Shown: positions 37,241 through 53,301 of the stretch, one piece after another
Layout of the letters: every line of letters starts with the position of its first letter
Numbering within the stretch: position 1 is the first letter of the stretch
Origin: Dehalococcoidia bacterium
GTDB lineage: Bacteria; Chloroflexota; Dehalococcoidia; UBA2979
Direction of reading: 5' to 3'
DNA: 64,000 nucleotides
Assembly: GCA_965208885.1 (NCBI GenBank)
Contig: CBDBPS010000002.1
Location: 325,200-389,199, forward strand
The notes under the pieces: model-generated
Seen by the model: only the letters and a program-made list of their open reading frames with translations
Database searches by the model: none
Told to the model about the DNA's origin: nothing
Position numbers and translations under genes: made by a program

Positions 37241-38397
37241 TCGCTCCTCCGGCCGGGGCGCGCGCAGCAGCTGCATCCTTCCATGTGCTCGCGCGCAGCG
37301 ATCGCGTGCTGTGGCTGGTGGTCGCCGCGCTCGCCGCGCTCGGGCTGCTCATGGTGTATTCGGCCTCGCTCGACACGCCGCCACACCCGAGTGTCACGGC
37401 CGAGGCAGTCCGGCACGCGGTCCTCGGCTCACTCGGGATCGTCGCGATGCTCGTGGCGGCTCGGATCGACTACCGGCTGCTGCTGCGCTTCAGTGCGCTC
37501 GCCTACCTGGGCGCCGCAGCGCTGCTGGTCGCGGTGGTCGTGGTGGGTGAGTCCGAGTACGGCGCGCGACGCTGGCTCGCGGTCGGCGGCTCCACGGTCC
37601 AGCCGGCTGAAGCAGCGAAGCTCGCGCTCGTGATCGCGCTCGCCGCCTACGCCGCATCCAGGCCACCACGCGCTGCCGCACTGGTCGTCACGGGCCTACT
37701 CCTCGCGGTCCTGGCGGCGCCCGTCCTGGCGCAGCCGGACACCGGGACCACGATCGTGCTCGTTGGCACGTGGGTGGGGATCGTTATCGCCTGGGGCGTC
37801 CCGTGGCGCACGCTGGGAGTGCTCTTCGCGGCCGGAGGCGCCGCGGTGCCGCTCGGCTACGCGCTGCTCGTGCCCGACTACCAGCGCGAGCGCCTGGCCG
37901 TATTCCTCGATCCCACGCGCGACCCGCTCGGCAGTGGCTTCAGCCTGCGACAGGTCGAGACGGCGCTCGCCGCGGGCGGCGTCACCGGCGAGGGGCTCTT
38001 CGGCGGCGCCGAGTCACACCTGGCCAGCATCAGTGGCCGCTCCAGCGACTTCATCTTCGCCCTCGTCGGCGAGGAGCTGGGCATCGCCGGCGGGCTGGCC
38101 GTGATCGTGCTCTTCGGACTCGTCGCGTGGCGCGGCTTCGAAGCATCGAGGCATGCACCCGACACATTCGGCCGGCTGCTCGCCGCTGGACTGACCACGC
38201 TCATCGTCCTGCAGGCCTTCGTGAACGTCGCCGTCAACCTGCGGCTGTTCCCGGCCACAGGGCTGCCGCTGCCATTCGTGTCGGCCGGTGGTTCCGCGCT
38301 GCTCGTGATGTTCGTGGCCATCGGGCTCATCCAGAGCGTCCACAGCCAGCGCCCGCCGGGCCAGGGCATGCAGGCCGCCGTGGACCGCGAGGGCTGA
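37237..38397 (+). CDS. rodA: SEDS-family glycosyltransferase RodA
   Basis: GARRW, QPAEAAK, QPDTGT, DFIF...GEELG, TGLPLPFVSAGGS. Confidence 0.9.
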   Translation: MIAPPAGARAAAASFHVLARSDRVLWLVVAALAALGLLMVYSASLDTPPHPSVTAEAVRHAVLGSLGIVAMLVAARIDYRLLLRFSALAYLGAAALLVAVVVVGESEYGARRWLAVGGSTVQPAEAAKLALVIALAAYAASRPPRAAALVVTGLLLAVLAAPVLAQPDTGTTIVLVGTWVGIVIAWGVPWRTLGVLFAAGGAAVPLGYALLVPDYQRERLAVFLDPTRDPLGSGFSLRQVETALAAGGVTGEGLFGGAESHLASISGRSSDFIFALVGEELGIAGGLAVIVLFGLVAWRGFEASRHAPDTFGRLLAAGLTTLIVLQAFVNVAVNLRLFPATGLPLPFVSAGGSALLVMFVAIGLIQSVHSQRPPGQGMQAAVDREG

Positions 38398-38456
38398 CGC
38401 AGCCCACTCCGCCTCGCGCCTGATCGCCCTAACCGGATCCCAGTGCCGGGGTAAGA

Positions 38457-38482
38457 CAGGGGCCGCCTCACGGCGACCCCTG
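38457..38482 (-). terminator. Hairpin between convergent rodA and clpC; likely clpC terminator
   Basis: Minus strand CAGGGGTCGCC-GTGA-GGCGGCCCCTG followed by TCTT. Confidence 0.6.
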
Positions 38483-38517
38483 GAAGTAACTGACATGCGC
38501 GCCGATGGCGCGCTGCG

Positions 38518-41025
<2,508 letters not shown>

Positions 41026-41204
41026 CGCGGACTCCCGTCCGTGCTGTCGTCTAGGCTACCACGGCCTGATTTTGAGCACGATCAGCGTTCGTCATAACGG
41101 TTGGCCGAACGCGTCGTGCCGCGTCCCGTCGCCTACCCCGAAACAGAGCCCCGCCAGAGGCGTGCGCGATGGGCCCAGCAACCTGATGGCGGGGCGAATC
41201 GAGG

Positions 41205-42758
41205 CTACTCCGGCTCGTCGTCCGGTTCCTTCGCGTCGGCGAGCTCGGCCTGCGCCTGCTGCATCGCGGCGGCCATTGCGGTGAGCGGTGGCGCATCGTC
41301 GCGGTGTGTACTCTGCTGCCGGCCCCCGCCGCTGCCGCGCGAGCTCTCGCGCGCCTGGCGCCGGGCATCCAGCTCTTCGCGGCGCTGTGCGTAGCGCTCG
41401 TCGGCTGCTGCGGCTTCTTCCGGGAAGGCTTCACGCGCCTCGTCCGGGACCTGGACCACGCGGCCCTGGTCGTCGAAGTTCCACCCGAGGATCTCGGCCT
41501 GCGACCGCGCTTCGCGCAGCGACAGGCCCAGGCGGTGCCGGTCCTGCTCGATGCGCACGATCTTCAGCGGCAGCACGTCGCCCTCGGCGAGCACTTCCTC
41601 CGGGTGGTTGATGCGCCGGTCGACGATCTCCGAGACGTGGGCCAGCCCCTCGACGGGCCCGGGCAGCCGCGTGAAGGCGCCGAAGGCGACGAGCTTGGTG
41701 ACCACGCCCGGTACCACATCGCCGACGTGGTACTTGGAGATGAGGTCCTGCCACTGCTCGGGGGCCGCCCGGCGGATGGAGAGCGCGATCTTCTTGTTCT
41801 CGCGGTCGACCCGCATGACGAAGACTTCGATCTCCTGCCCGACCTTGAAGAGCTCCTCCGGGTCGCTGTTGCGGTCCCAGGAGAGCTCGGAGAGGTGGGC
41901 GAGGCCGTCGGCCCCGCCGAGGTCGACGAAGACCCCGAAGTTGCGGATCGAGGTGACCTTGCCCGTGCGCACCTCGCCCTCGGTGAGCTCCTCCAGGAGG
42001 CGCTCCTTCTGGGCGGCGCGCCACTCCTGCATGGCCGCGCGCTCGGAGAGGATGGCGCGGTTGCGGCGCCGGTTGATCTCGATCACCTTCATGCGGAGGC
42101 TGCGGCCCACCATCTCGGATAGCGGGTTCGCGCCCTCGGTGCCCGGCTTGGCGCCCACCACCTGGGACATCGGGATGAAGGCGTTGACGCCCTCGACGTT
42201 CGCGAGCAGTCCGCCCTTGTTGAAGCCGGTGATCTCCGCGTCGAAGATCTCGCCGCTCTCGAAGCGCTCCTGCAGCACCCGCCAGCCCTGCTCGCCGCGT
42301 GCGCGGTCGATCGAGAGCAGTACCTGGCCCTCTTCGGTCTCCGCCTGCAGCACGTATACGAGCAGCTTGTCGCCGATGTGGATGCGCGACAGCGGGTCGG
42401 CGCCCATCGAGTGCATCTCGTGCGTCGGCACCACGCCTTCGGACTTGGATCCGATGTCGACGAGGTCGACGAGCACGCCCTCGCGCTCAACGCCCATCAC
42501 CAGGCCTTCGACGACCTCGCCGCGGCGGAGCTGTCGCGGCTCTGGGGCCTCGCCCGAGGCGAGGAGCTCGGCCATGTCGACGATCTCGGGCTCAGCAACG
42601 GCCGTAGCGGCCGGCGCCGGGGCTTCGGCAACGGCCGTGGCGGCCGGCGCCGCCGGCTCGGGAGCGGGAGGCGGAGCTTCGGTGGGTGGTGCTTCGGAAG
42701 CGCCGGACTCGGCGCTGGTCGGCGGTTCGGTCTGCTCGGACGTGGGCGAAGTAGTCAA
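41205..42758 (-). CDS. rpsA: 30S ribosomal protein S1 (four S1 domains, disordered termini)
   Basis: AGGAGG RBS then TTG at 42758; NKGGL...FIPMSQ, FGVFVDLGGADGLAHLSELSW. Confidence 0.9.
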   Translation of the reverse strand: MTTSPTSEQTEPPTSAESGASEAPPTEAPPPAPEPAAPAATAVAEAPAPAATAVAEPEIVDMAELLASGEAPEPRQLRRGEVVEGLVMGVEREGVLVDLVDIGSKSEGVVPTHEMHSMGADPLSRIHIGDKLLVYVLQAETEEGQVLLSIDRARGEQGWRVLQERFESGEIFDAEITGFNKGGLLANVEGVNAFIPMSQVVGAKPGTEGANPLSEMVGRSLRMKVIEINRRRNRAILSERAAMQEWRAAQKERLLEELTEGEVRTGKVTSIRNFGVFVDLGGADGLAHLSELSWDRNSDPEELFKVGQEIEVFVMRVDRENKKIALSIRRAAPEQWQDLISKYHVGDVVPGVVTKLVAFGAFTRLPGPVEGLAHVSEIVDRRINHPEEVLAEGDVLPLKIVRIEQDRHRLGLSLREARSQAEILGWNFDDQGRVVQVPDEAREAFPEEAAAADERYAQRREELDARRQARESSRGSGGGRQQSTHRDDAPPLTAMAAAMQQAQAELADAKEPDDEPE

Positions 42759-42911
42759 GACTGGTTGGGCCTCCTGTGCTCGGTTTCTACCGCCGTCCCG
42801 CGAGGGCACGACAGCCCGCGGATCATACCACGCATGCGCGGACGGTCTCGTGAGGGGCGCACGGGTCATGACGCAGGTCCGGTCCGGGCGCCAACGAGCG
42901 TCCGGGATCAC

Positions 42912-42941
42912 GCAGGCCGGCCCCTCGCGAGGCCGGCCTGT
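42912..42941 (-). terminator. Hairpin downstream of 5S rRNA
   Basis: CAGGCCGGCC...GGCCGGCCTG inverted repeat directly after the 5S 3' end; no clear U-tract. Confidence 0.5.
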
Positions 42942-42946
42942 GTAAG

Positions 42947-43065
42947 TCCTGGCGGTGGCCTATTTTCCGCGCCCGGTTGCCCGGGGAGTATCGTCGGCGC
43001 TGCGGCGTTTCACTTCCGTGTTCGGGATGGGAACGGGTGGTGCCACCGCGCTCTAACCACCAGGA
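42947..43065 (-). rRNA. rrf: 5S rRNA
   Basis: CCTGGTGG...CCCATCCCGAACACGGAAGTGAAAC...CCGCCAGG. Confidence 0.95.
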
Positions 43066-43241
43066 CTACCTACTATCGAGCGTCCCCTCGCGAGCCGCAA
43101 GTCCGCGCCCGCGCGAGCGCCCGTGGCGCCTCGAGCAGCTGTCGAGTAGCCCTCCGTGCGAGGTGCCGGCACGGAGCGGCGGCGTGCGGATGGCCTGGGA
43201 CGCGAAACGGGCGGAGCAGGTGCTCCGCCCGGTCATTTGTT

Positions 43242-43316
43242 TGGTAGCGGGAGAGGGATTCGAACCCCCGACCTTCGGGTTATGAGCCCGATGAGCTACC
43301 GCTGCTCCATCCCGCG
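43242..43316 (-). tRNA. Initiator tRNA-fMet (CAT)
   Basis: CGCGGGATGGAGCAGCGGTAGCTCATCGGGCTCATAACCCGA...TTCGAAT...CCCGCTACCA; C1:A72 mismatch and three G-C pairs in the anticodon stem. Confidence 0.95.
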
Positions 43317-43329
43317 ACGCTGTGCAACC

Positions 43330-43338
43330 AGTATAGCA
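43330..43338 (-). promoter_or_regulatory. Extended -10 promoter for tRNA-fMet
   Basis: TGC-TATACT ending 13 nt upstream of the tRNA 5' end. Confidence 0.55.
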
Positions 43339-43464
43339 CGGGCCGCCGCCCTTCCGGGGTCCGCGGCCGGCGTTGTACCGGCGCCTGCACACGGAAGAGC
43401 GCACGAGCGGGGTAGCTACGACAGTTGGGGCACCGGCGAGGGATCACGGATGCGCCTGATGAAG

Positions 43465-46400
<2,936 letters not shown>

Positions 46401-46666
46401 CTTCGTCAGGCACTCCCGCGATCGTAGTTGCCACCGCGCCCGCCCGGAACCTCCAGGGTCCCGCGCCGGCCGGCGGTTTCCCGCTCGCCGTAGTACTCCA
46501 ACTGTGTATTTGTAGCTTGTATGCTCGTGTGCTCTTCCGTTGTGAAGGCGCCGGCCGGGAGCCACTTGCTCCCGCCGAGGACGCTGCCGGCGACTTTCGC
46601 CGCGGCTGCGTTTCCCGCTGATGTAGTGTGCCTGGCCCGTCCCGTGGACAGCTGCCGGTAGCCAGT

Positions 46667-46742
46667 TGGTGGAGCCGGGGGGACTCGAACCCCCGACTTC
46701 CGCCTTGCAAAGGCGGCGCTCTCCCAGCTGAGCTACGGCCCC
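46667..46742 (-). tRNA. tRNA-Ala (TGC)
   Basis: GGGGCCGTAGCTCAGCTGGGAGAGCG...TTGCAA...CTCCACCA in the ITS. Confidence 0.96.
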
Positions 46743-46794
46743 ACGCCTGAACGGCGCCACGCCGCTCAAGGCGGCACTCGGCCGTTTCAGGTGC

Positions 46795-46871
46795 TGGTGG
46801 GCCATCCTGGATTCGAACCAGGGACCTCAGTCTTATCAGGACTGCGCTCTAACCAACTGAGCTAATGGCCC
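46795..46871 (-). tRNA. tRNA-Ile (GAT)
   Basis: GGGCCATTAGCTCAGTTGGTTAGAGCG...CTGATAA...GGCCCACCA in the ITS. Confidence 0.96.
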
Positions 46872-47171
46872 GGCGCTGCCCGGAGACCGCCGCCCCGTTG
46901 TCCTGGGGACCTGAGTCCCTCAGGGACTCAACCGAGGCGGCGAGGGCGCGGGCACATCAACCGTTGGATAGCAGTCAGAAGCGGCGCGCCGATTCCACGC
47001 GCGGTGCGCATCACCAACTCCGGTCAACCGGGGCGCGCACGACCCCGAACTCCGCACGCCCCGAGGAATCCTCGTGGCGTCCGAAGCGACCGGCAGCTGA
47101 TCGACCTGGGTACTGTACCGGGCCCGACCGCACACCGTGCGGCCAGACAACATCCGGCAGTGGTATCCCTA

Positions 47172-48659
<1,488 letters not shown>

Positions 48660-48842
48660 ATTCGCTTCTGTGAAACTTGGTTCCGTGGAAGCTCGGCCTG
48701 CCCCCACCGGGTCCGCGTAAACGCGTTCCCGCCGGGCACCGGCCAGAGAGTCGTCCTATGCACTAGCACCCGACGTACACCCGCACGTCCCCGAAGGGGC
48801 GCCGGCGCCGCCAGGCGCAGGTCATGACGGGAATCTGTGTTC

Positions 48843-48876
48843 CCGCTTCTGGCTGCTATCCAAGTGTTAATGTGCC
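48843..48876 (-). other. 16S leader arm of the processing stem (pairs with 46951-46984), with a boxA-like motif
   Basis: Leader GGCACATTAACACTTGGATAGCAGCCAGAAGCGG is nearly complementary to the ITS segment; a similar pair flanks 23S (46484-46554 with 43378-43440). Confidence 0.7.
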
Positions 48877-48905
48877 TCGGTCGCCCTCGGGCAGGCCGTC
48901 GAATG

Positions 48906-48933
48906 ATCGTAACTCTCTCACGGCGTGAGTCAA
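48906..48933 (-). promoter_or_regulatory. rRNA operon sigma70-type promoter
   Basis: TTGACT-16 nt-TACGAT. Confidence 0.7.
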
Positions 48934-48999
48934 GACCCCCAGAGCAGAACTTGCCGTGAGTTCGCCCCCCAATCCCCTCGATCTGCCCACAATCGCGCG

Positions 49000-50079
49000 T
49001 TATGTGGCGCGCCACGGCCCCTGCCCGCCGCCGACCGCGACGATCCATACCGCCTCCCCGTCCGTCGACGCCGCTCCCCCGCGCAGGTCGACGTGTGCAC
49101 CACGCCGGGCCGCGATCGCCAGCACGCCCGCCACCTGCTCACCGTCGACGCTGACTCCCACCGCCGACGCCGCGCGGCGGATCACTCGCAGCGCCACCGC
49201 CTCCGGCAGCGCGGTCAGCGCCCGGCGCTCGATACGCGCCCTGTCGCCCTCGACCCGCAGCAGCTCGCCTGCCTCGCGCTCCGCCCATGCCTCCAGCGCC
49301 TCGCCATCGCGGCGGGCGTGGCCGGCGAACCGTGCGAGGGCCTCCGCAGCGCGGTGGTTGAGCGCTTCCAGCTCCGGCATCACGCGATGCCGGATCCGGT
49401 TGCGGCTGAACGCGACGTTTTCGTTCGAGGCGTCGTGGCGGGGGGAGCGCTCCTCGCCCGCGAGCCCCAGCGCTTCGAGGTAGACGGCCACATCGACACG
49501 CCCGATGGGGAGCAGCGGGCGCAGCACCCGCAGCGGCGCGTCTCCCGCCGACACCTCGCATGCGACGGGCCACGGCGCCTCGAGGTGCATCCCGGCGGCC
49601 CCGGCGAGCCCCGTGCCCCGCGCCAGACGCAGCAGGACGGTCTCCGCCTGGTCGTCGAGTGTGTGGCCGGTGACGCATGCACGCGCGCCAACCTCACGGG
49701 CTGCCTCCGCCAGCCAGAGGTAGCGCGCTTCCCGCGCTGCCGCCTCGGACGTCGGCGGAGCGCCGGCCTCCCCCACGCTGCCCGCCACCGCCGACACGCC
49801 GAGACAACCCGCGAGCCACTCGAGGTATGCGAGGTCGGCTGCCGCCTCAGGCTCGGGCCGCATCCCGTGGTCGAAGTACGCGGCGACGACGCGGCCTCCG
49901 GCGGCCTGCATGAGGCGGGCGACCGCGACGAGGGCTGCGGTGGAGTCCGGGCCGCCGGAGCACGCCACGAGGAGCGTCGAGTCGCTCGCGACGTGTTCGC
50001 CGAGCGCCGAGGCGACGCGGCGCTCGAACGCCGCCGTCGAGCGGGTGCGTCGCGGGAAGACATCGGGGTGGCTGGTCAT
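49000..50079 (-). CDS. tilS: tRNA(Ile)-lysidine synthetase
   Basis: ACSGGPDS, DHG.R, E..AREARY, GHTLDDQAET, RNRIR. Confidence 0.93.
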   Translation of the reverse strand: MTSHPDVFPRRTRSTAAFERRVASALGEHVASDSTLLVACSGGPDSTAALVAVARLMQAAGGRVVAAYFDHGMRPEPEAAADLAYLEWLAGCLGVSAVAGSVGEAGAPPTSEAAAREARYLWLAEAAREVGARACVTGHTLDDQAETVLLRLARGTGLAGAAGMHLEAPWPVACEVSAGDAPLRVLRPLLPIGRVDVAVYLEALGLAGEERSPRHDASNENVAFSRNRIRHRVMPELEALNHRAAEALARFAGHARRDGEALEAWAEREAGELLRVEGDRARIERRALTALPEAVALRVIRRAASAVGVSVDGEQVAGVLAIAARRGAHVDLRGGAASTDGEAVWIVAVGGGQGPWRAT

Positions 50080-50107
50080 GCGGGCAGCGTAGCGCAGCGG
50101 GGACCGG

Positions 50108-50524
50108 TCAGCGGCCGAAGAGTGCTTCCCACCAGCGCTCGCCGGGTTCGCGATCGGGCTGGCCGCTCACCAGCGGCTCCTCAATGGCGAGGTGGTCCTC
50201 GACGATGATCGCCGTCTCGCCAGGCCGTACCAGCCCGAAGCGGCTCCGCCCGACGGCCTCGATGTACTCGTCGGACGCGAGGTACTCACGCAGGCCGTCG
50301 AGTTCGGCGATCTGCTGCTGCAGGCCGGCGATCTGATGCTCGACCTCGCGCTGTTGCTCCGCCAGGCGATGCTGCTGGCGCGCGGTCTGCACGCCCGCGT
50401 ATGCGAAGAGGACGAGCAGGAGCGCGGCGATCGCGATCACCATCTGCAGCGGGCCGAAGCGCGGGAGACGTGGTCTGGGGAGAGTGGGCACGTCCGTCCT
50501 CGAGAGTGCCCCGCCGCGTTCCAC
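50108..50524 (-). CDS. Septum formation initiator (FtsB/DivIC) family protein
   Basis: TM plus coiled coil plus YIE..GR..FGLVRPGE; start uncertain. Confidence 0.8.
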   Translation of the reverse strand: MERGGALSRTDVPTLPRPRLPRFGPLQMVIAIAALLLVLFAYAGVQTARQQHRLAEQQREVEHQIAGLQQQIAELDGLREYLASDEYIEAVGRSRFGLVRPGETAIIVEDHLAIEEPLVSGQPDREPGERWWEALFGR

Positions 50525-50557
50525 CGTAGCAGCGCGGAGCGCCGCCTACAAACAATG

Positions 50558-51202
50558 TCAGGCCGGCTCCTCGCCGGGCAGGTGGCACTGCTCGTTCAGA
50601 CCCACGACCGACCACCTCGATGGTCCGCCATCCTCGCCCGGCCGCCGCTCGACCACCGACAGGGAGGCGAGCCCGAGCTGGAAGCGCCGCTGAGCCGCCA
50701 TCGAGACGCCGAGTGCGTGTGTGAGCAGGGACTTCAGCGCCATGTTGTGCGAGACCACGACGACATCTGCCTCGCCGTGCCGCTCAGCCGCCTCGTCGAG
50801 AGCTTCGAGCATGCGCACGCGCGCCTCGCCCATCGACTCGCCACCGGGGAAACGCAGGTCCGCGAAGGTCTCGTCGCGCCACTGCTCCAGGAAGTCAGCG
50901 AAGTGGTCGCGGATCTCGTCGAACGCCATCCCGTCGAGGTCGCCGTGGTCGACCTCGTGCAGGCGCTCGTCGACGACGGGCTCCAGACCGTACGCCTCCG
51001 CGACGGGGGCGGCCGTGCTGCGCGCCCGAGATGCCGGGCTGACGTAGAGCGCCACCGGTCGGTACGGAGCAATCGAGGCGGGAACGGTGGCGGCCTGCCG
51101 GTGGCCACGCTCGGTGAGCTGGTTGTCGATACGGCCCTGCGTCTGGCCGCCCAGATTGCCGGTCGCCTCGGCGTGTCGCAGCAGGAGGAAACGGGTCGTC
51201 AA
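50558..51202 (-). CDS. Histidine phosphatase family protein
   Basis: LLRHAE, SP..RA..TA, E...G...G, GGES, VVSH. Confidence 0.9.
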   Translation of the reverse strand: MTTRFLLLRHAEATGNLGGQTQGRIDNQLTERGHRQAATVPASIAPYRPVALYVSPASRARSTAAPVAEAYGLEPVVDERLHEVDHGDLDGMAFDEIRDHFADFLEQWRDETFADLRFPGGESMGEARVRMLEALDEAAERHGEADVVVVSHNMALKSLLTHALGVSMAAQRRFQLGLASLSVVERRPGEDGGPSRWSVVGLNEQCHLPGEEPA

Positions 51203-51864
51203 GGTTGTAGCCCCAGGAATGCCCGGATCACGGGATGCTCGCGTATCTCGGCCCGACTGTTCGGTGGCGACCCGGGGTCAACCTCGGAGCCGTAGAACCC
51301 GACGAACCATATCAGCAGGCCCCGGTTGAAGTAGACATATGGGGTCGGCGGGTCGCAGCCGTCTAGAAGGGGCTGGGCTCGGCCTCGCTCGTTGATGACC
51401 CACTGCTCCCAGAACGCCTCCCGGCTGGGGTACGGCCAGAGCACCCAGACCGCGAAGCGGTCGCCGTCCCCGACGTCCGGTCCGGCGAACACGATCGGCT
51501 CGACGGACGCGCCGGGGCACATGGGGTCGTAAGCGTTCGTGAGTATCAGCCCGGGCTCCGGGAGCGCCGCAGCGAGCTGAGTGAACGAGGGAGGTAATAC
51601 CTGGTTCGACGTTGGAGCGGGGGTCGGCGTCGGAGTCGCAGGCACGGGGGATGGCGTCGGAGCCGGGGTGCTGGTCGGCGCTGGAGGCGCAGCGGTGGCG
51701 GTCGCCGTCGGTGTGGCCGTGGGGGTCGCCGGGGTTGCGGTGGGTGGCGCCGGAGTCGCAGTAGGCACCGTTCCCGGCCCCTCTTCGTCATCGCCGCGGC
51801 TGAACAGCGCGAGGACGGCGAGGACCACGACCACCGCGGCGGCGGTATACGCCAGGCGTTTCAC
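51199..51864 (-). CDS. Membrane-anchored Pro/Thr-linker protein with unknown C-terminal domain
   Basis: N-terminal TM, PT-rich linker; paralogous to the next gene. Confidence 0.75.
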   Translation of the reverse strand: MKRLAYTAAAVVVVLAVLALFSRGDDEEGPGTVPTATPAPPTATPATPTATPTATATAAPPAPTSTPAPTPSPVPATPTPTPAPTSNQVLPPSFTQLAAALPEPGLILTNAYDPMCPGASVEPIVFAGPDVGDGDRFAVWVLWPYPSREAFWEQWVINERGRAQPLLDGCDPPTPYVYFNRGLLIWFVGFYGSEVDPGSPPNSRAEIREHPVIRAFLGLQP

Positions 51865-51886
51865 GGCAACGACTCCCGGAGGCGCG

Positions 51887-52522
51887 TCACTGCCATGTCA
51901 ACCCAAGGAAGGTGCGTACCACGGGGTGACCCCGGATCTCGTCGCCCGTTGCTGGAAGCGTGCCGGGCGCCACTTCGGAGCCGTAGTACCCGGCGAACCA
52001 CAGCAGGAGGTTCTCGTGCCAGTAGACGAACCCGTTAGGCGGCTCGCAGCCATCGAGGAGCGAACGCACGCGGAAGTCCTCGCCCACGGCCCAGTCAGCC
52101 TCGAAGGCCTCACGGCCGGGATAGACCCACAGCACCCACACGGCGTGCTTCTCGCTCGATGCGCCATCGGGCCCGGTGAACACGACCGACGGCGCAGAGG
52201 CGCCTGGGCACTCGGGCTCGAACTCATCAGAAAGCGCCATCCCCGGTGACGGCAGTGCGGCCTCGAGATCCCCGGAGGAGAAGGGATCGCCCTCGATTTC
52301 CGTGCCGCCGACGGTTCCCTGGGCTCGAGTTGGCGCCGGAGCCACGGTCGAAGTCGCGCTCGGCTGGCCGGTAGGCGAAGCCGCGGGTGCCGGCGTCGTC
52401 GCTGGGCGCGCTGCGGTGGTTGCGGTCGGGGTCGGCTCCTCGTCGTTCGAGCCGTCGCCGAAACACCCGAGGGTGACCGCTGCGCCGAGCATGAGCACAG
52501 CGGCCACGGCCCGGCGCCTCAC
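51887..52522 (-). CDS. Putative lipoprotein, paralogue of 51199-51864
   Basis: TLGC lipobox-like, PT linker, shared CPGAS/WVLW.YP/LLDGC.PP domain. Confidence 0.75.
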   Translation of the reverse strand: MRRRAVAAVLMLGAAVTLGCFGDGSNDEEPTPTATTAARPATTPAPAASPTGQPSATSTVAPAPTRAQGTVGGTEIEGDPFSSGDLEAALPSPGMALSDEFEPECPGASAPSVVFTGPDGASSEKHAVWVLWVYPGREAFEADWAVGEDFRVRSLLDGCEPPNGFVYWHENLLLWFAGYYGSEVAPGTLPATGDEIRGHPVVRTFLGLTWQ

Positions 52523-53235
52523 GGCAGCGGCTCCTCGACGATCTCCTCGAACTCCAGCATCGACTGCGTGCGCGGCGGCTCGTTCAGCCTGAGGCCGGTC
52601 CGGCGACGCTCGCGCGGCCTGGCGCGCTCGCCCAGCGCGTCGAGGACGGAGAGCGGCCGACCGGTGAGCCCGTCGCGTGCCTCGAGATGCATCGCCACGA
52701 CGACACGGTTACGCTCGGTGCGCACGCCGAGGTCACGGATGGTGGCGCGCAGGTCGTAGATGCGGGTCTTCTGGCCGCGCTGATCCTCCCACTCCAGCTC
52801 ATGCGTGGCGAGCAGTCCGTCGATGCGCCACTGCAGCTCGGTGGCGTCGATGTCCGCACGGTCGAAGACCAGCTCGAACGTCGCCGACGTGATGGCGGAC
52901 TGCAGCGAGGGCTCCTCGTGCGCTATCTCCTCGACGGCGACGACGGAGAGGCCGTCGGGCAGCTCGCCACTGAGCGCCTTGACCACGTCGAGCGGCGCGA
53001 CCGGCGGAGACATCCACGCGTCAAGCAACTCGGCGTCACCCTCGAAGCCGACGGCGAGCGGCGCGCCGAGCGCGAGGCGCGCGTGGGGGGAGAAGCCCTG
53101 CGTGTACGCGAGTGGCAGGCTCGCGCGGCGCAGCGAGCGCTCCCATGTGCGCATGAGGTCGAGGTGCCCGACGTAGCGCAGGGCGTCCGCCTTGCGGTAG
53201 GTCACGCGCAGCCGTTGCGGCCGTTCATCAGTCAT
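52519..53235 (-). CDS. Radical SAM-linked protein (DUF2344 type)
   Basis: RYVGHLDLMRTWERSLRRA.LP.AYTQGFSPH...LAVG. Confidence 0.85.
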   Translation of the reverse strand: MTDERPQRLRVTYRKADALRYVGHLDLMRTWERSLRRASLPLAYTQGFSPHARLALGAPLAVGFEGDAELLDAWMSPPVAPLDVVKALSGELPDGLSVVAVEEIAHEEPSLQSAITSATFELVFDRADIDATELQWRIDGLLATHELEWEDQRGQKTRIYDLRATIRDLGVRTERNRVVVAMHLEARDGLTGRPLSVLDALGERARPRERRRTGLRLNEPPRTQSMLEFEEIVEEPLP

Positions 53236-53301
53236 CGTGAGGCTGAGTGTACGCGAGCCCCGCGTGACCTCGCAGAGGACGAAAGCGCCCGATCCAGCGG
53301 G

